Shown here piece by piece: positions 31,973 to 41,621 of a DNA stretch of 64,000 bases. The stretch's first letter is position 1. Every line of letters begins with the position of its first letter. Source of the stretch: Candidatus Kapaibacterium sp. (GTDB lineage Bacteria; Bacteroidota; Ignavibacteria; Kapaibacteriales; UBA2268); assembly GCA_963664875.1 (NCBI GenBank), contig OY761611.1, positions 2,272,001 through 2,336,000 on the forward strand, read 5' to 3'. Position numbers and translations under genes: made by a program. The notes under the pieces are model-generated. The model did no database searches. It saw only the letters and a program-made list of their open reading frames with translations, and had not been told where the DNA came from.

Positions 31973-32328
31973 AACGCACCTTTGGTTATTTGTGTAAAAA
32001 TCACTATAATATTTTAAAATCTTATCAACAATAACAGTTTATTTGGCACTTAGTTACAGCGTTTCACCTGTTTATGTTTAATATTAGATTTATTTAAGAC
32101 AAATAAATTATTATGCCACTGTTTTAATTGTTATACACTGTCGCATTTTTGTAGGAGTTTGTCAGAATTGTTTTAGATAAAGATAAGCTACAAACTAAAC
32201 TTACTAAAAATAATACTTTGAAATATAGCTTCATTGTACAGTTTTTGCTTGAAATGCATAATTAGAGACTAGTAAATTGTTTATGAGGTCATAGCGTATT
32301 TGCTTTTGCTGAAATACTTTAATAACCT

Positions 32329-33099
32329 CTATAAATCTTTAATTATTTGAAATGTACCGGCAGGAATCTGTTCAACTATTGCAAATTTATTTTCCTTGTT
32401 TTGTATCAGATTCCATCCAATTTTGCATTCTGTATGATATTGAATCGAATCCAAACCATTGTTTTTAAATATTATCCCCTGAAGTGTTGCAGTGTCATTG
32501 AAGAATTTGTATTCAAATTTATCGAAGAGCAACTTGTTTGCTTCAAGCTCATTATAAAATAGCACTTCTCGATACAAGAGCTTTTGATATGATATTTTGG
32601 AAGGATTCTCGAACTCTACTATCAGAAGTAGTTTGTTTTTGTTAGTGAGCAAATACTTTGAGTTAGTCCGTAGCAAAGTATCAGCTTCTGTAGCATATTC
32701 GGTAAATTCGCCGGGTAGTGATGACGGCAAAATAAGCTCGTAAAAACCGAGATTGTCAATATCTGCTTCAGCTATGATATAATTGTGATGGGGATTTTCA
32801 TTTATAGAAGTATCAGTTTTGGGGAGTATAGCATATAACTTAGCACTCTTATGATACCATCTAATTTTTTTAGAATATTTATCGGAGAATGAATATAGCC
32901 TGCCTTGCAGTATTTTTTCTCTTGCTTTTACAGTGTCCGGTATGGTAGGCATTCTCTCGGGATCCCATTCGTAAAGAATACTGTTGCCACTATCTGAGCA
33001 AGAGATAGCAGAAATAATAATGCACATAATGGCTGAAATCCTGAATAGTAAGTGTCTCATCATTATCAAAGTATCCCTTGATAGAAAACTCAGTTGCAC
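32329..33099 (-). CDS. Hypothetical lipoprotein
   Basis: Hydrophobic N-terminus with AISC lipobox; likely start MMRH. Confidence 0.6.
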   Translation of the reverse strand: MQLSFLSRDTLIMMRHLLFRISAIMCIIISAISCSDSGNSILYEWDPERMPTIPDTVKAREKILQGRLYSFSDKYSKKIRWYHKSAKLYAILPKTDTSINENPHHNYIIAEADIDNLGFYELILPSSLPGEFTEYATEADTLLRTNSKYLLTNKNKLLLIVEFENPSKISYQKLLYREVLFYNELEANKLLFDKFEYKFFNDTATLQGIIFKNNGLDSIQYHTECKIGWNLIQNKENKFAIVEQIPAGTFQIIKDL

Positions 33100-33209
33100 C
33101 TATACAAAAATAGAGAATAATTTATAAAGTACTTTTGTCAAGAATCTGTTTTTTTGCTAAGAGAGTTTGTATATTTACAATCCTTTGGTGTTACACATTT
33201 GGAACTGCT

Positions 33210-34448
33210 TTGATAACAAAGAATATAATAATAGTTGGTGGCGGTGCTGCAGGGCTCTTTGCAGGTTTACATCTAAAATCGTACAATGCTCTCGTATTGG
33301 AAAAAATGGACTCTCCCGGCAAAAAATTGCTTATGGCGGGTTCGGGACGGTGCAATATTTCGCACGAAGGAAATATTAAGGACTTCCTAATCCATTACGC
33401 AGACAAATCAAAATTTATCAAACCCGCATTGATGGAATATCCTAATACAAAACTACTCGAATTGCTCTATAGAAACGGGATGGAAACCGTGAGCTATGAA
33501 AACGGTAAAATATTTCCAAAATCTGAAAGTTCGAAAGATGTCCTCAATCTGTTTTTACAGCTTATTCGGAAAGCCGGTACTGAGGTATTATACAGGCAAA
33601 ACGTGATAGATATTCAACAAAATGATGACAAATTTATTGTAAGTACCAATCATGAGAAGTATGCAGCTCGGTACCTTATTCTTGCAGCTGGCGGCAGTTC
33701 ATATCCAAGCAGTGGCTCAGACGGACAAGCATATAATCTGGCAAAAAAGTTGGGACATAGTATAGTGCCAACGACTCCGGCTCTGACTGCGGTTATTACA
33801 GAAAACTATAAGTTCTCCGATATTTCAGGCGTGTCTTTGCGAGATATTGAAATAAGCCTCTTCCGTGACGGCAAAAAAATTAACAAACATCGAGGCGACC
33901 TTGCATTTACTCATAAAAGCCTTTCCGGACCGGGCATAATTGATTTTTCTCGATATATTAAATCAGGCGATACACTTACTATCAATTTTATCAATGTTAA
34001 TGAAGATAGATTTCGAGAAATTTTGATAGCTGACAGCAAGGTGCATGGAAAAAAAAACATCAGGAATTATCTGAAGCAGTACCCAATTCCTGAAAGTTTA
34101 CTAAATATGTTGCTGGCTTTAGAAAGAATTGATGCGAATAAGAATTTTTCTGAATTAAGCAAAGAACACAGAAATAAAATAGTCGAAATGCTTACTGCAT
34201 ATAAATTTACAGTTGCACGAAAAGTAGGTTTTAACCAGGCAATGGTAACTGCCGGTGGGGTCAGCACCACAGAGATAAACAGCAGGACTATGGAATCAAA
34301 AATAGTCCCCAATTTATATGTTGTAGGAGAGTTTTTGGATATAGACGGAGATACCGGAGGCTACAATCTGCAAGCAGCTTTTTCTACAGCTTATCTCGCA
34401 TGTAAATCTATAAAGCAAAAACTCAATATTGAGGATACTGTAAAATAA
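33210..34448 (+). CDS. HI0933/YhiN (BaiN-like) NAD(P)/FAD-dependent oxidoreductase
   Basis: GGGAAG, GKKLLMAGSGRCN, FTHKSLSGP, VTAGGV, DGDTGGYNLQAAFS; probable TTG start at 33210. Confidence 0.92.
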   Translation: MITKNIIIVGGGAAGLFAGLHLKSYNALVLEKMDSPGKKLLMAGSGRCNISHEGNIKDFLIHYADKSKFIKPALMEYPNTKLLELLYRNGMETVSYENGKIFPKSESSKDVLNLFLQLIRKAGTEVLYRQNVIDIQQNDDKFIVSTNHEKYAARYLILAAGGSSYPSSGSDGQAYNLAKKLGHSIVPTTPALTAVITENYKFSDISGVSLRDIEISLFRDGKKINKHRGDLAFTHKSLSGPGIIDFSRYIKSGDTLTINFINVNEDRFREILIADSKVHGKKNIRNYLKQYPIPESLLNMLLALERIDANKNFSELSKEHRNKIVEMLTAYKFTVARKVGFNQAMVTAGGVSTTEINSRTMESKIVPNLYVVGEFLDIDGDTGGYNLQAAFSTAYLACKSIKQKLNIEDTVK

Positions 34449-34506
34449 ATTTACCTGTTTGTTGTTATTTTAATTGAATTGCATAATTGAGGAGGGCGGA
34501 AGCAAT

Positions 34507-35559
34507 ATGTCAAAGATTGAAAGCATTTACGGATACGACGACCTAAACGAAAGAGAAAGACAGATACTAAACAGGATAATTCAGCTTTATATACTAAATG
34601 CCACACCGGTAGGTTCTCGTGTGCTATCCAAATACCTTAGCGATAACATTAAATTAAGTCCTGCAACTTTACGTAATGTAATGGCTGACTTGGAAGAATT
34701 GGAATACATTAGCCATCCACATACTTCTGCAGGGCGCATACCCACTGACAAAGGATATAGATTTTATGTAGATTCTTTGAAAAAGCTCGAAGATCTATCG
34801 GAACACGAAATAAATACAGTTGCCTCGCATTTGGGTAGCACATCTTCAGAAGAAGTACTCAAGCAAGCTACCGGCCTGCTTGGTCAGCTTTCACGTTATT
34901 TGGGAATTGTACGTTTGCCTCAGGTTCCTGACCTAATTGTTCAAAAAATTGAATTGATTTCTATATCAAGCAAAAGAGTGCTGGTAGTTATAGCACTTAA
35001 TTCCAATATAGTACGAACAGTAACTTTGGAGGCAGATCTTGATATCGAAGCGAGATACCTAAGCGACGTTTCAACGTATATCAATGAAAAGATTGCCGGC
35101 AATCCTCTCAAGTATCTCAGAGACAATTTCCACGACATGATTAGTGACTTAGAGAATAAAGACACTCCTCTTATTAGGCTTTTTTCTGACTCATTGGACA
35201 AAATATTCAGTCCAAACTCTCAAGAAGATTTGATAATAGCAGGCACTCAAAATCTATTAGCATATCCTGAATTTGATCAGCCGGATAAAGTTCGTGGTGT
35301 AATCGAATTGGTCGAAAACAGAGAAATGATAATTCACCTACTCGAAAAAAATGAGGATAGAGAGGGTATTAGAGTACTTATCGGCGGTGAACTGGATTCA
35401 GGCTTGCTAAAAGATTACAGCCTTATTTCGACTTCTTACCGTATTGGCACTGCAGTAGGCACAATCGGTCTGATAGGCCCCAAAAGAATGAACTATCCGA
35501 AAATGATTACTATAGTGGAAGCAGTTTCTAAACAGCTTGAACGCATGAGCGATGTTTGA
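34507..35559 (+). CDS. hrcA: Heat-inducible transcription repressor HrcA
   Basis: PVGSR, SPATLRNVMADLEE, HTSAGRIPTDKGYRFYVD, GLIGPKRMNY; ATG 34507 after GGAGGG. Confidence 0.96.
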   Translation: MSKIESIYGYDDLNERERQILNRIIQLYILNATPVGSRVLSKYLSDNIKLSPATLRNVMADLEELEYISHPHTSAGRIPTDKGYRFYVDSLKKLEDLSEHEINTVASHLGSTSSEEVLKQATGLLGQLSRYLGIVRLPQVPDLIVQKIELISISSKRVLVVIALNSNIVRTVTLEADLDIEARYLSDVSTYINEKIAGNPLKYLRDNFHDMISDLENKDTPLIRLFSDSLDKIFSPNSQEDLIIAGTQNLLAYPEFDQPDKVRGVIELVENREMIIHLLEKNEDREGIRVLIGGELDSGLLKDYSLISTSYRIGTAVGTIGLIGPKRMNYPKMITIVEAVSKQLERMSDV

Positions 35560-35741
35560 TATTAAAGGAAATGATTACGACGTAAAATAAGTATATGTAC
35601 TTAAGTATTTTTTGGCTTGATTATTGTTTTGTAAATTGCAATTCACTATAAGAAGCTGTATATCTTTTTGATTAAGGCGCATTGCCTCAGACAGCAGCAA
35701 AACAACAGTAATTGCATTAACAAAATCGGGCAAGATAAATA

Positions 35742-37448
35742 ATGGCTGAGCTATACGAAAAGATTTATGTTTTTTGCTTTTCTTCCGAGCTGAAACATCA
35801 AATAGAGAGAGTACTTTCGAAGTACTACATTATTGATTTTATTCAAAATAAAGATGAGCTCTTTTCGCTAATTGAAACCTCAGGAAAACCGGTAGCTGTT
35901 TTTGCTGAAGTCAGCAATCACTACACTACAGGCTTCGAAATACTCGCGGAATTGAAGGAAGAATGCCCCGATGCTTCAAGAATACTACTTACTGATATTA
36001 GAGAACCCAAAGAGTTAATTCCAATACTAAAAGACACTGCGGCACTGATGTACGTCAAGTATCCATGTACAAATTTTGATTTATTCCAAACTGCTGTTTT
36101 AGGAGCTAAGTTTGCAGATCTCAAAAGAAAGTTTAATGCTAATCAATTAGTTAGTTCAGGTGACTCAAAGCAACTACTTGTTCAAATGGAGCAGATAGAC
36201 AAGGAAAATAAAGAACTACGTTACTCAGCTGAAAACCTTGGCAAAGCAAATACTATTCTTCAGAATGAGATCGCCGATTTGTCTAATCTTGTTGCGGGCA
36301 AAGCTAATATCATTGATAATCTCGGAAAAGAAAATAAAGATCTCAATCTTCAAATCGAAGCAATAACAAAAGAACAGGCATCTGAAAGAAATTTATATTC
36401 TGACGCTGATACCAAAATTGAATCTTTAGGAATTACAATATCTCAATTAGAATCCGAAATAGAAGAAACGAGAAGAAGGGTTTTTGATTATGATTCTTTG
36501 CTCGCTCTTTCGACTTATGTTCGAGAGTTCAATAAATTCAGCTTTATAGACCATACTTACTATGTGTCGTCGCTTGCAAAAGATGTAGGTGCGAAGATGA
36601 ATCTGGATAACGACCGGTTGCATAATCTTTTGACTGCTGCCTTGTTACATAATATTTCAATTTTAAATATGCCAAACTATTTCCAGGTTGCTAATCCTAA
36701 TGACATGGCTCCGGAACGCAGAAAACACTATTTCTACTATTTTGGAAGAGCTCTGCGAATTTTAAAAAAAGCCAAACCTTTGGCAAACGCAGTTGAAATA
36801 ATCGAACAAATTTGGGAGCATGCAGATGGAACAGGATTTCCACACGGCACTCCCGGAATGCGTATAAGCGACGAAGCTCAAATACTTGCAATTGCAAATC
36901 TATACGTTAAAAATGTATATAGTCTCAACGAAAAAGAATTTACAAATTTGATGAAGGAAAAGAAAGTACAGCAGTCTCCCGAAACTACAGTAAAAAAACA
37001 TAAAGCTGCTATTGATCTAATCCGACGTAACTCTTACTGGTTTAGAAAATCTGTTTCTGATGTGTTTCTTTCATTAGCCGATAAAATGGAAAGCAATGCT
37101 TTTACAGCACCATCAAGAGCTTTGATTATTGATATACAAGAGCTCATATCAGCAGACAATCAAAAAACCAAAAACGAATTTATTGAAATTGATTTCTACG
37201 ATAAGGATCTTATGCTTGATTGGGAAACAGCAGAGGGTCATAAAGTCTATGTCAAATCAAAGGAAATCAATATACCTGATTTGAAACACGGCATGATTTT
37301 GTCTAAAGATCTTACTTCTGACGGAGGCGCTATAGTTGTCAAAGCAAATACAGAGATAAAGGAAGCAGAATTTAAAAATATATGGCAAATGATTAGTAAA
37401 GATATGCTGCACGGTACTACTGAAATCTACATTCCTTTTGAACACTAA
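35742..37448 (+). CDS. Degenerate receiver + coiled coil + HD-GYP-like protein
   Basis: PDASRILLT/YVKYP receiver remnants; heptad region; ALLHNIS, EHADGTGFPHG, AQILAIAN. Confidence 0.75.
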   Translation: MAELYEKIYVFCFSSELKHQIERVLSKYYIIDFIQNKDELFSLIETSGKPVAVFAEVSNHYTTGFEILAELKEECPDASRILLTDIREPKELIPILKDTAALMYVKYPCTNFDLFQTAVLGAKFADLKRKFNANQLVSSGDSKQLLVQMEQIDKENKELRYSAENLGKANTILQNEIADLSNLVAGKANIIDNLGKENKDLNLQIEAITKEQASERNLYSDADTKIESLGITISQLESEIEETRRRVFDYDSLLALSTYVREFNKFSFIDHTYYVSSLAKDVGAKMNLDNDRLHNLLTAALLHNISILNMPNYFQVANPNDMAPERRKHYFYYFGRALRILKKAKPLANAVEIIEQIWEHADGTGFPHGTPGMRISDEAQILAIANLYVKNVYSLNEKEFTNLMKEKKVQQSPETTVKKHKAAIDLIRRNSYWFRKSVSDVFLSLADKMESNAFTAPSRALIIDIQELISADNQKTKNEFIEIDFYDKDLMLDWETAEGHKVYVKSKEINIPDLKHGMILSKDLTSDGGAIVVKANTEIKEAEFKNIWQMISKDMLHGTTEIYIPFEH

Positions 37449-37495
37449 TACAAGACTTTGCTTTTTAGTAAGCATAGATTATAAGGAATTGAAAC

Positions 37496-37527
37496 AAAAA
37501 ACCGGATATAAGATTGCATATATCCGG
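37496..37527. terminator. Terminator between convergent genes
   Basis: CCGGATATA...TATATCCGG preceded by an A run. Confidence 0.6.
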
Positions 37528-37553
37528 CTCATGTCTAAAATAAGAGTACAAAT

Positions 37554-38267
37554 TTATTTAAGTACAGATTCAATAGATTTTACAATTACTGCAAGATTGC
37601 TATTGCTTTTTTTGCAGCTACTTTCTGATTTAACTTCGATTCTGCCGGCATCTCTTCCGACTTTACTTACTTTTTCCTGCAATTTAGATTTTCTTTCCTC
37701 GAGCAAAGCTGCTTTTGAAGATCTTTCTTTTTCGGCGATATCGTTAAGAGAAACTACAAAATAGAAATTGACGTTTCTATTAAACTTCATAATTGAAATG
37801 ATTTCTTCCAATTGTGCATCAAAGCCTGAATTGATATTTGAAGTTCCTTTATCAAAAATATCTGCTTCTAAGAAGAGCAAATCTTTTGTTAGCTTTTGTA
37901 CAGTAAAGTTTTTCTCAAACTCTTTATACCCAGTAGCAGATTCTGTTTTGAAAGTTTCTACTTTACGAATAATTTCTTTATGCAAGAATGTAACTTCGTA
38001 TTCGGTATCAGATTCGAAAAGCTGTGTAAAAGCACCTGTAACAGGATCTGATTTGATTTTTATAGTCTGACCTGCTTTAGTTTCAAATTTCATGGTAACT
38101 CCAACCGGAGAACCTGTATAAGAATCAGTAACTTTGCCTTTTATTAATATCTGTGCTGCAAACGATGTAGCAGCAAAAGCCATACAGAGAGTCATCATAA
38201 AGATAAGAGATGCAATTTTTTTCATAAGTAATCTCATATTTGATAAAATAATAGAAAATACCGGCAA
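37554..38267 (-). CDS. Secreted hypothetical protein; carboxypeptidase-regulatory-like plus degenerate OmpA-like domain
   Basis: Signal peptide (likely start MKKI), IKGKVTDSYTGSPV, IFDKGTSNI. Confidence 0.65.
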   Translation of the reverse strand: MPVFSIILSNMRLLMKKIASLIFMMTLCMAFAATSFAAQILIKGKVTDSYTGSPVGVTMKFETKAGQTIKIKSDPVTGAFTQLFESDTEYEVTFLHKEIIRKVETFKTESATGYKEFEKNFTVQKLTKDLLFLEADIFDKGTSNINSGFDAQLEEIISIMKFNRNVNFYFVVSLNDIAEKERSSKAALLEERKSKLQEKVSKVGRDAGRIEVKSESSCKKSNSNLAVIVKSIESVLK

Positions 38268-38330
38268 AATTTGCGGCTAATTGATTTTGAACAATAGACA
38301 ATAAAAGATTTTATTTACACTTTACCAAAA

Positions 38331-39098
38331 TTAAATCTGAAAGCCTTCCAAAAGCTGTTTTATCAATGCAGGATTGTTAGACGCTATTGCTTTGACTTTG
38401 AACTCCGAGACTTGCTTAAAATCCTCTTTGCTATCTACATCATATACGCCTAAAATGATATTATGTTTGATTGCATCTGCTTCTATTTCGCGAGTAAGCT
38501 CTTCGAGTGAACAAATAAATATCTCAGCTCCGATTTGACTACAAATTTGCGACGGGAGAAAATTTTCCCATGGGATTTTTATAGCAGCAGTATAAATGCT
38601 CGGATTATATTTCTTAATTTCTGCAAGGACTTTATAATCAAACGAACCAAAAGTAGAGAAATCTAAATAATTGCAATCAGCTACAGTGTCGATAATTTTG
38701 TGAATTTTTTCACTTGACAGAGACTGCTCGCCGGCTTTGATTTCAATATTCAGATAAGCTTTCCCGTGGATAAGATCAATTACTTCACTAAGTAATGGCA
38801 CTTTTTCGCCACTAAATTCACCGCCAAACCACTTACCGGCATCGAGCTTCAATATATCTTTGTAGCTCATGTCCTTTACGGCAGAGTCGCCATCTGTAGT
38901 CCTTCCCTGATTTAGGTCATGCATGGCTATCGGCATATTGTCTGCAGTTACCTGCACATCTACCTCAATCATGTCAACTCCTGCATCTAATGCATGCTGA
39001 AATGAAGAAAGAGTATTTTCAGGAGCCAAATCGCTTGCACCTCTGTGCCCTATAACTATAACGTCCTTATTAAGCGCAAATTCGTTTATTGGCAGCAT
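38331..39098 (-). CDS. Glycerophosphodiester phosphodiesterase
   Basis: IGHRGAS..APENTL, IEVDVQVTAD, MHD...RTTDG, LNIEIK. Confidence 0.93.
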   Translation of the reverse strand: MLPINEFALNKDVIVIGHRGASDLAPENTLSSFQHALDAGVDMIEVDVQVTADNMPIAMHDLNQGRTTDGDSAVKDMSYKDILKLDAGKWFGGEFSGEKVPLLSEVIDLIHGKAYLNIEIKAGEQSLSSEKIHKIIDTVADCNYLDFSTFGSFDYKVLAEIKKYNPSIYTAAIKIPWENFLPSQICSQIGAEIFICSLEELTREIEADAIKHNIILGVYDVDSKEDFKQVSEFKVKAIASNNPALIKQLLEGFQI

Positions 39099-39237
39099 AT
39101 CTTAACCGTCACTTTATAATATTTGATATAAATTAAGAACAAAATAGATTAAATCCTATTGTATTTACGTCAAAAATATAAAGGGGTTTAGTTTAAAGTT
39201 TGCTACTATTTATCATATTATTATCGAAGGAGCTAAT

Positions 39238-39675
39238 ATGCCGGCACTAACACAAATCAGTGAAATTATGAGTCGCTCCTTTTTCTCTGTACAGCTTGAT
39301 GATACTCTGAAAAAAGCTGACGACATAATCAAAGAAGAAAAAGTAAGATTTCTGCCAGTTCTCGATGGCAAAAAGTTTTTAGGATTGATAACAGAACGAA
39401 AGCTCTTGGAGTATGCCTGCAGAAAGATATACGACCCTGAGTCTGACGCAGGCTTTAACTCAATCGGAGACTATGAGCATATTATGGAAGAGGTTAGCCA
39501 TGTCATTTACAAAGAAGATACTATCTTTAAGGCAGTAGAACTTTTCAGCAAATACAAAATAGATTCATTGCCCGTGGTAGATTGGGACTACAATCTCGAA
39601 GGAATGCTGACAACTCACGACATACTTCTCTATTTTCGCAAAAAGCTCGAAGAAGAGCGTTATATCAAAATATAG
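39238..39675 (+). CDS. CBS-domain pair protein
   Basis: LPVLDG..LGLIT and LPVVD...LEGMLT. Confidence 0.88.
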   Translation: MPALTQISEIMSRSFFSVQLDDTLKKADDIIKEEKVRFLPVLDGKKFLGLITERKLLEYACRKIYDPESDAGFNSIGDYEHIMEEVSHVIYKEDTIFKAVELFSKYKIDSLPVVDWDYNLEGMLTTHDILLYFRKKLEEERYIKI

Positions 39676-39692
39676 AAAATAATAAACCTCAA

Positions 39693-39736
39693 ACCCGGCA
39701 TCTTATATTTTACAAAAAAGTGTCGGGTCTTTTTTT
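39693..39736 (+). terminator. Terminator after CBS gene
   Basis: ACCCGGCA...TGTCGGGT followed by T run. Confidence 0.6.
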
Positions 39737-39842
39737 GGAGGCAAATATTTCCATCTAAAGGACACTTCAAGTCTTTATCCACCTTATATTTGAATCAGTT
39801 TCGAAACAACTAAACACTTTCGCAGCTTGCACGTTTTAGTAG

Positions 39843-40043
39843 GTAGAAGACTTTACTTTCGATTCATTCAGCTCTATAAATTTTTGTACCTCGACCTGCC
39901 TCGGCTTAGAAGCAGTCACAGACTACCGCTTCTACGTTTTCTTAGAGAATTACTTAAATCCTAACCTACTTAGCATTGTTGATGAAGGGAAATGGAAAAT
40001 TGTTGGAAATGAACTACATGCCGGTGTAAGGTATAGGTTGTAG
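39843..40043 (+). pseudogene. Start-less 3' remnant of a probable outer-membrane beta-barrel gene
   Basis: My translation: VEDFTFDSFSSINFCTSTCLGLEAVTDYRFYVFLENYLNPNLLSIVDEGKWKIVGNELHAGVRYRL*, preceded by in-frame TAG TAG. Confidence 0.4.
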
Positions 40044-40057
40044 GAGAGTTTGCTTTA

Positions 40058-40699
40058 CTAAAACAAAACTTTTATTTGCATACCATATTTTTGGTAGATA
40101 TTTTCTTTGGTATTGATAACTGCGGCAAAAGTTTCGAATACAAGATTCTTCTTTCCGACTCCAAATATAATATCCGCGCCTACTCCCATTTTTGACGCAT
40201 TTACATCACTTCCCTCGCCATCTGTTACTTCAGTATAAGAAGGAGCACTGATGTATGCTATACGGCTTATGAAGGACATAGAACAATGTAAGTAATTAGG
40301 ATTACTGAATCTGATGGAAAATTCTGCCCCACCGCTGTAAATGTATGTATGCTTGTCCTTGGAATTTAGAAAATCAACTCCGGCGACATAGTTTAGATTT
40401 ATACCATCAACTATGTACCAAGGATATAAGCTCATACTAATGTTCATTCCTCCGCCAATTTTATCTGGCTCAATGGATGATTCCGCAAAACACATACCCA
40501 AAGATAAACTATATTTACTTGTAAGAGGGCGCGTCACCAGCCATGAACAATCGAATCCGTGATATAAAACATAGGCATCGTTATCATAGTAAATATAGGT
40601 ATCTTTGTCAAAGTCATAATAATAATCTTGATTATCATCTATTTGAGCAGATAATATCATTGGTAAAAAGCATAAAAACATGGTGATATATCTTATCAT
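40058..40699 (-). CDS. Hypothetical secreted/outer-membrane beta-barrel-like protein
   Basis: Signal peptide, alternating beta-strand pattern, C-terminal YGMQIKVLF. Confidence 0.6.
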   Translation of the reverse strand: MIRYITMFLCFLPMILSAQIDDNQDYYYDFDKDTYIYYDNDAYVLYHGFDCSWLVTRPLTSKYSLSLGMCFAESSIEPDKIGGGMNISMSLYPWYIVDGINLNYVAGVDFLNSKDKHTYIYSGGAEFSIRFSNPNYLHCSMSFISRIAYISAPSYTEVTDGEGSDVNASKMGVGADIIFGVGKKNLVFETFAAVINTKENIYQKYGMQIKVLF

Positions 40700-40709
40700 A
40701 TTGAAATCT

Positions 40710-41279
40710 CTATATTAAAAAGCTAAACAGAATGAAATGGCGCATCCCTGAAAATTTTTGATTCCTACGAAAGATATTCCCATAATATTCAGCTCTGTAG
40801 GAAATGGAATATTGAGAGTAAAATAGGCTTAAAGAGAAGGGCATAGATGGATAAATATAACTCATGTTTGTTATTTCAACTCCCGGTATTTTCCCATAAT
40901 GTGCATACTTAGAAAAGCTTAGTCCTAATGAAGGTTCTATCCCTATTTTCTTTGCTATCCAAAAGATTATACTTGCTGATTGAGAGATTGAAAATCTATG
41001 CTGAAAAATAAAATTGTAAGAATCATGTTCAATTCTTAGTTGTGATGCTGTATAATTGATTCCCATATATCCCCAAACATTCTGTCTCCCTCTATCGCGG
41101 AAATTTAATTGATGGGAAACAGTTGGATGGGTTTCTGTAAGCTCAATAAATATGCCTCGAGAATTGTAATTAGAATTTTGGGAATTTACCCCTATAGACA
41201 GATATCCAGCCGCTGATTCACTTTTATTTGCAAAACATAGTATGGATAAAATTAGTTATATGATAAATCTATACTTCAC
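40710..41279 (-). pseudogene. Outer-membrane-like protein gene with in-frame TAA in its signal peptide
   Basis: GTG at 41279 after AAGGA: MKYRFII*LILSILCFANKSES..., continuing in frame into ORF 41066..40710; TAA at 41258..41256. Confidence 0.55.
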
Positions 41280-41621
41280 ATCAATTCCTTTATCTCTTAA
41301 AAAGAATGTCTCAATCATGTCAGAATGATTTCAATAAATTATGCAAATATTCTATATATACCAAATCTATAAAATCACCCAAAAAAAATCCTCCTCCAAA
41401 ATAAAATAATTTGTATTAACAGAAGTTTGTTTATATTAGTAGTATTATGCTATTTATACAATTAGGGGTAGTTGTATAAGTGGCTTACTTAAAACAGGCG
41501 GTGGAGAATTTCTTTCCTCCTGATTTGCCTATTCGAGTTTAGGGCAAATCTCTTGGGCTGTGCATCCTGCCGCAATTTTTTCGCAAGAGAAAAACATACT
41601 TTTTATTACGGAGGCGACCTT

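Noticed and set aside
32840-32848. CIRCE half-site TTAGCACTC
   Set aside because: Lies inside a CDS and has no second half-site 9 bp away
35660-35741. Possible c-di-GMP riboswitch ahead of the HD-GYP-like gene
   Set aside because: Only a tiny GGC...GCC hairpin; no GEMM consensus
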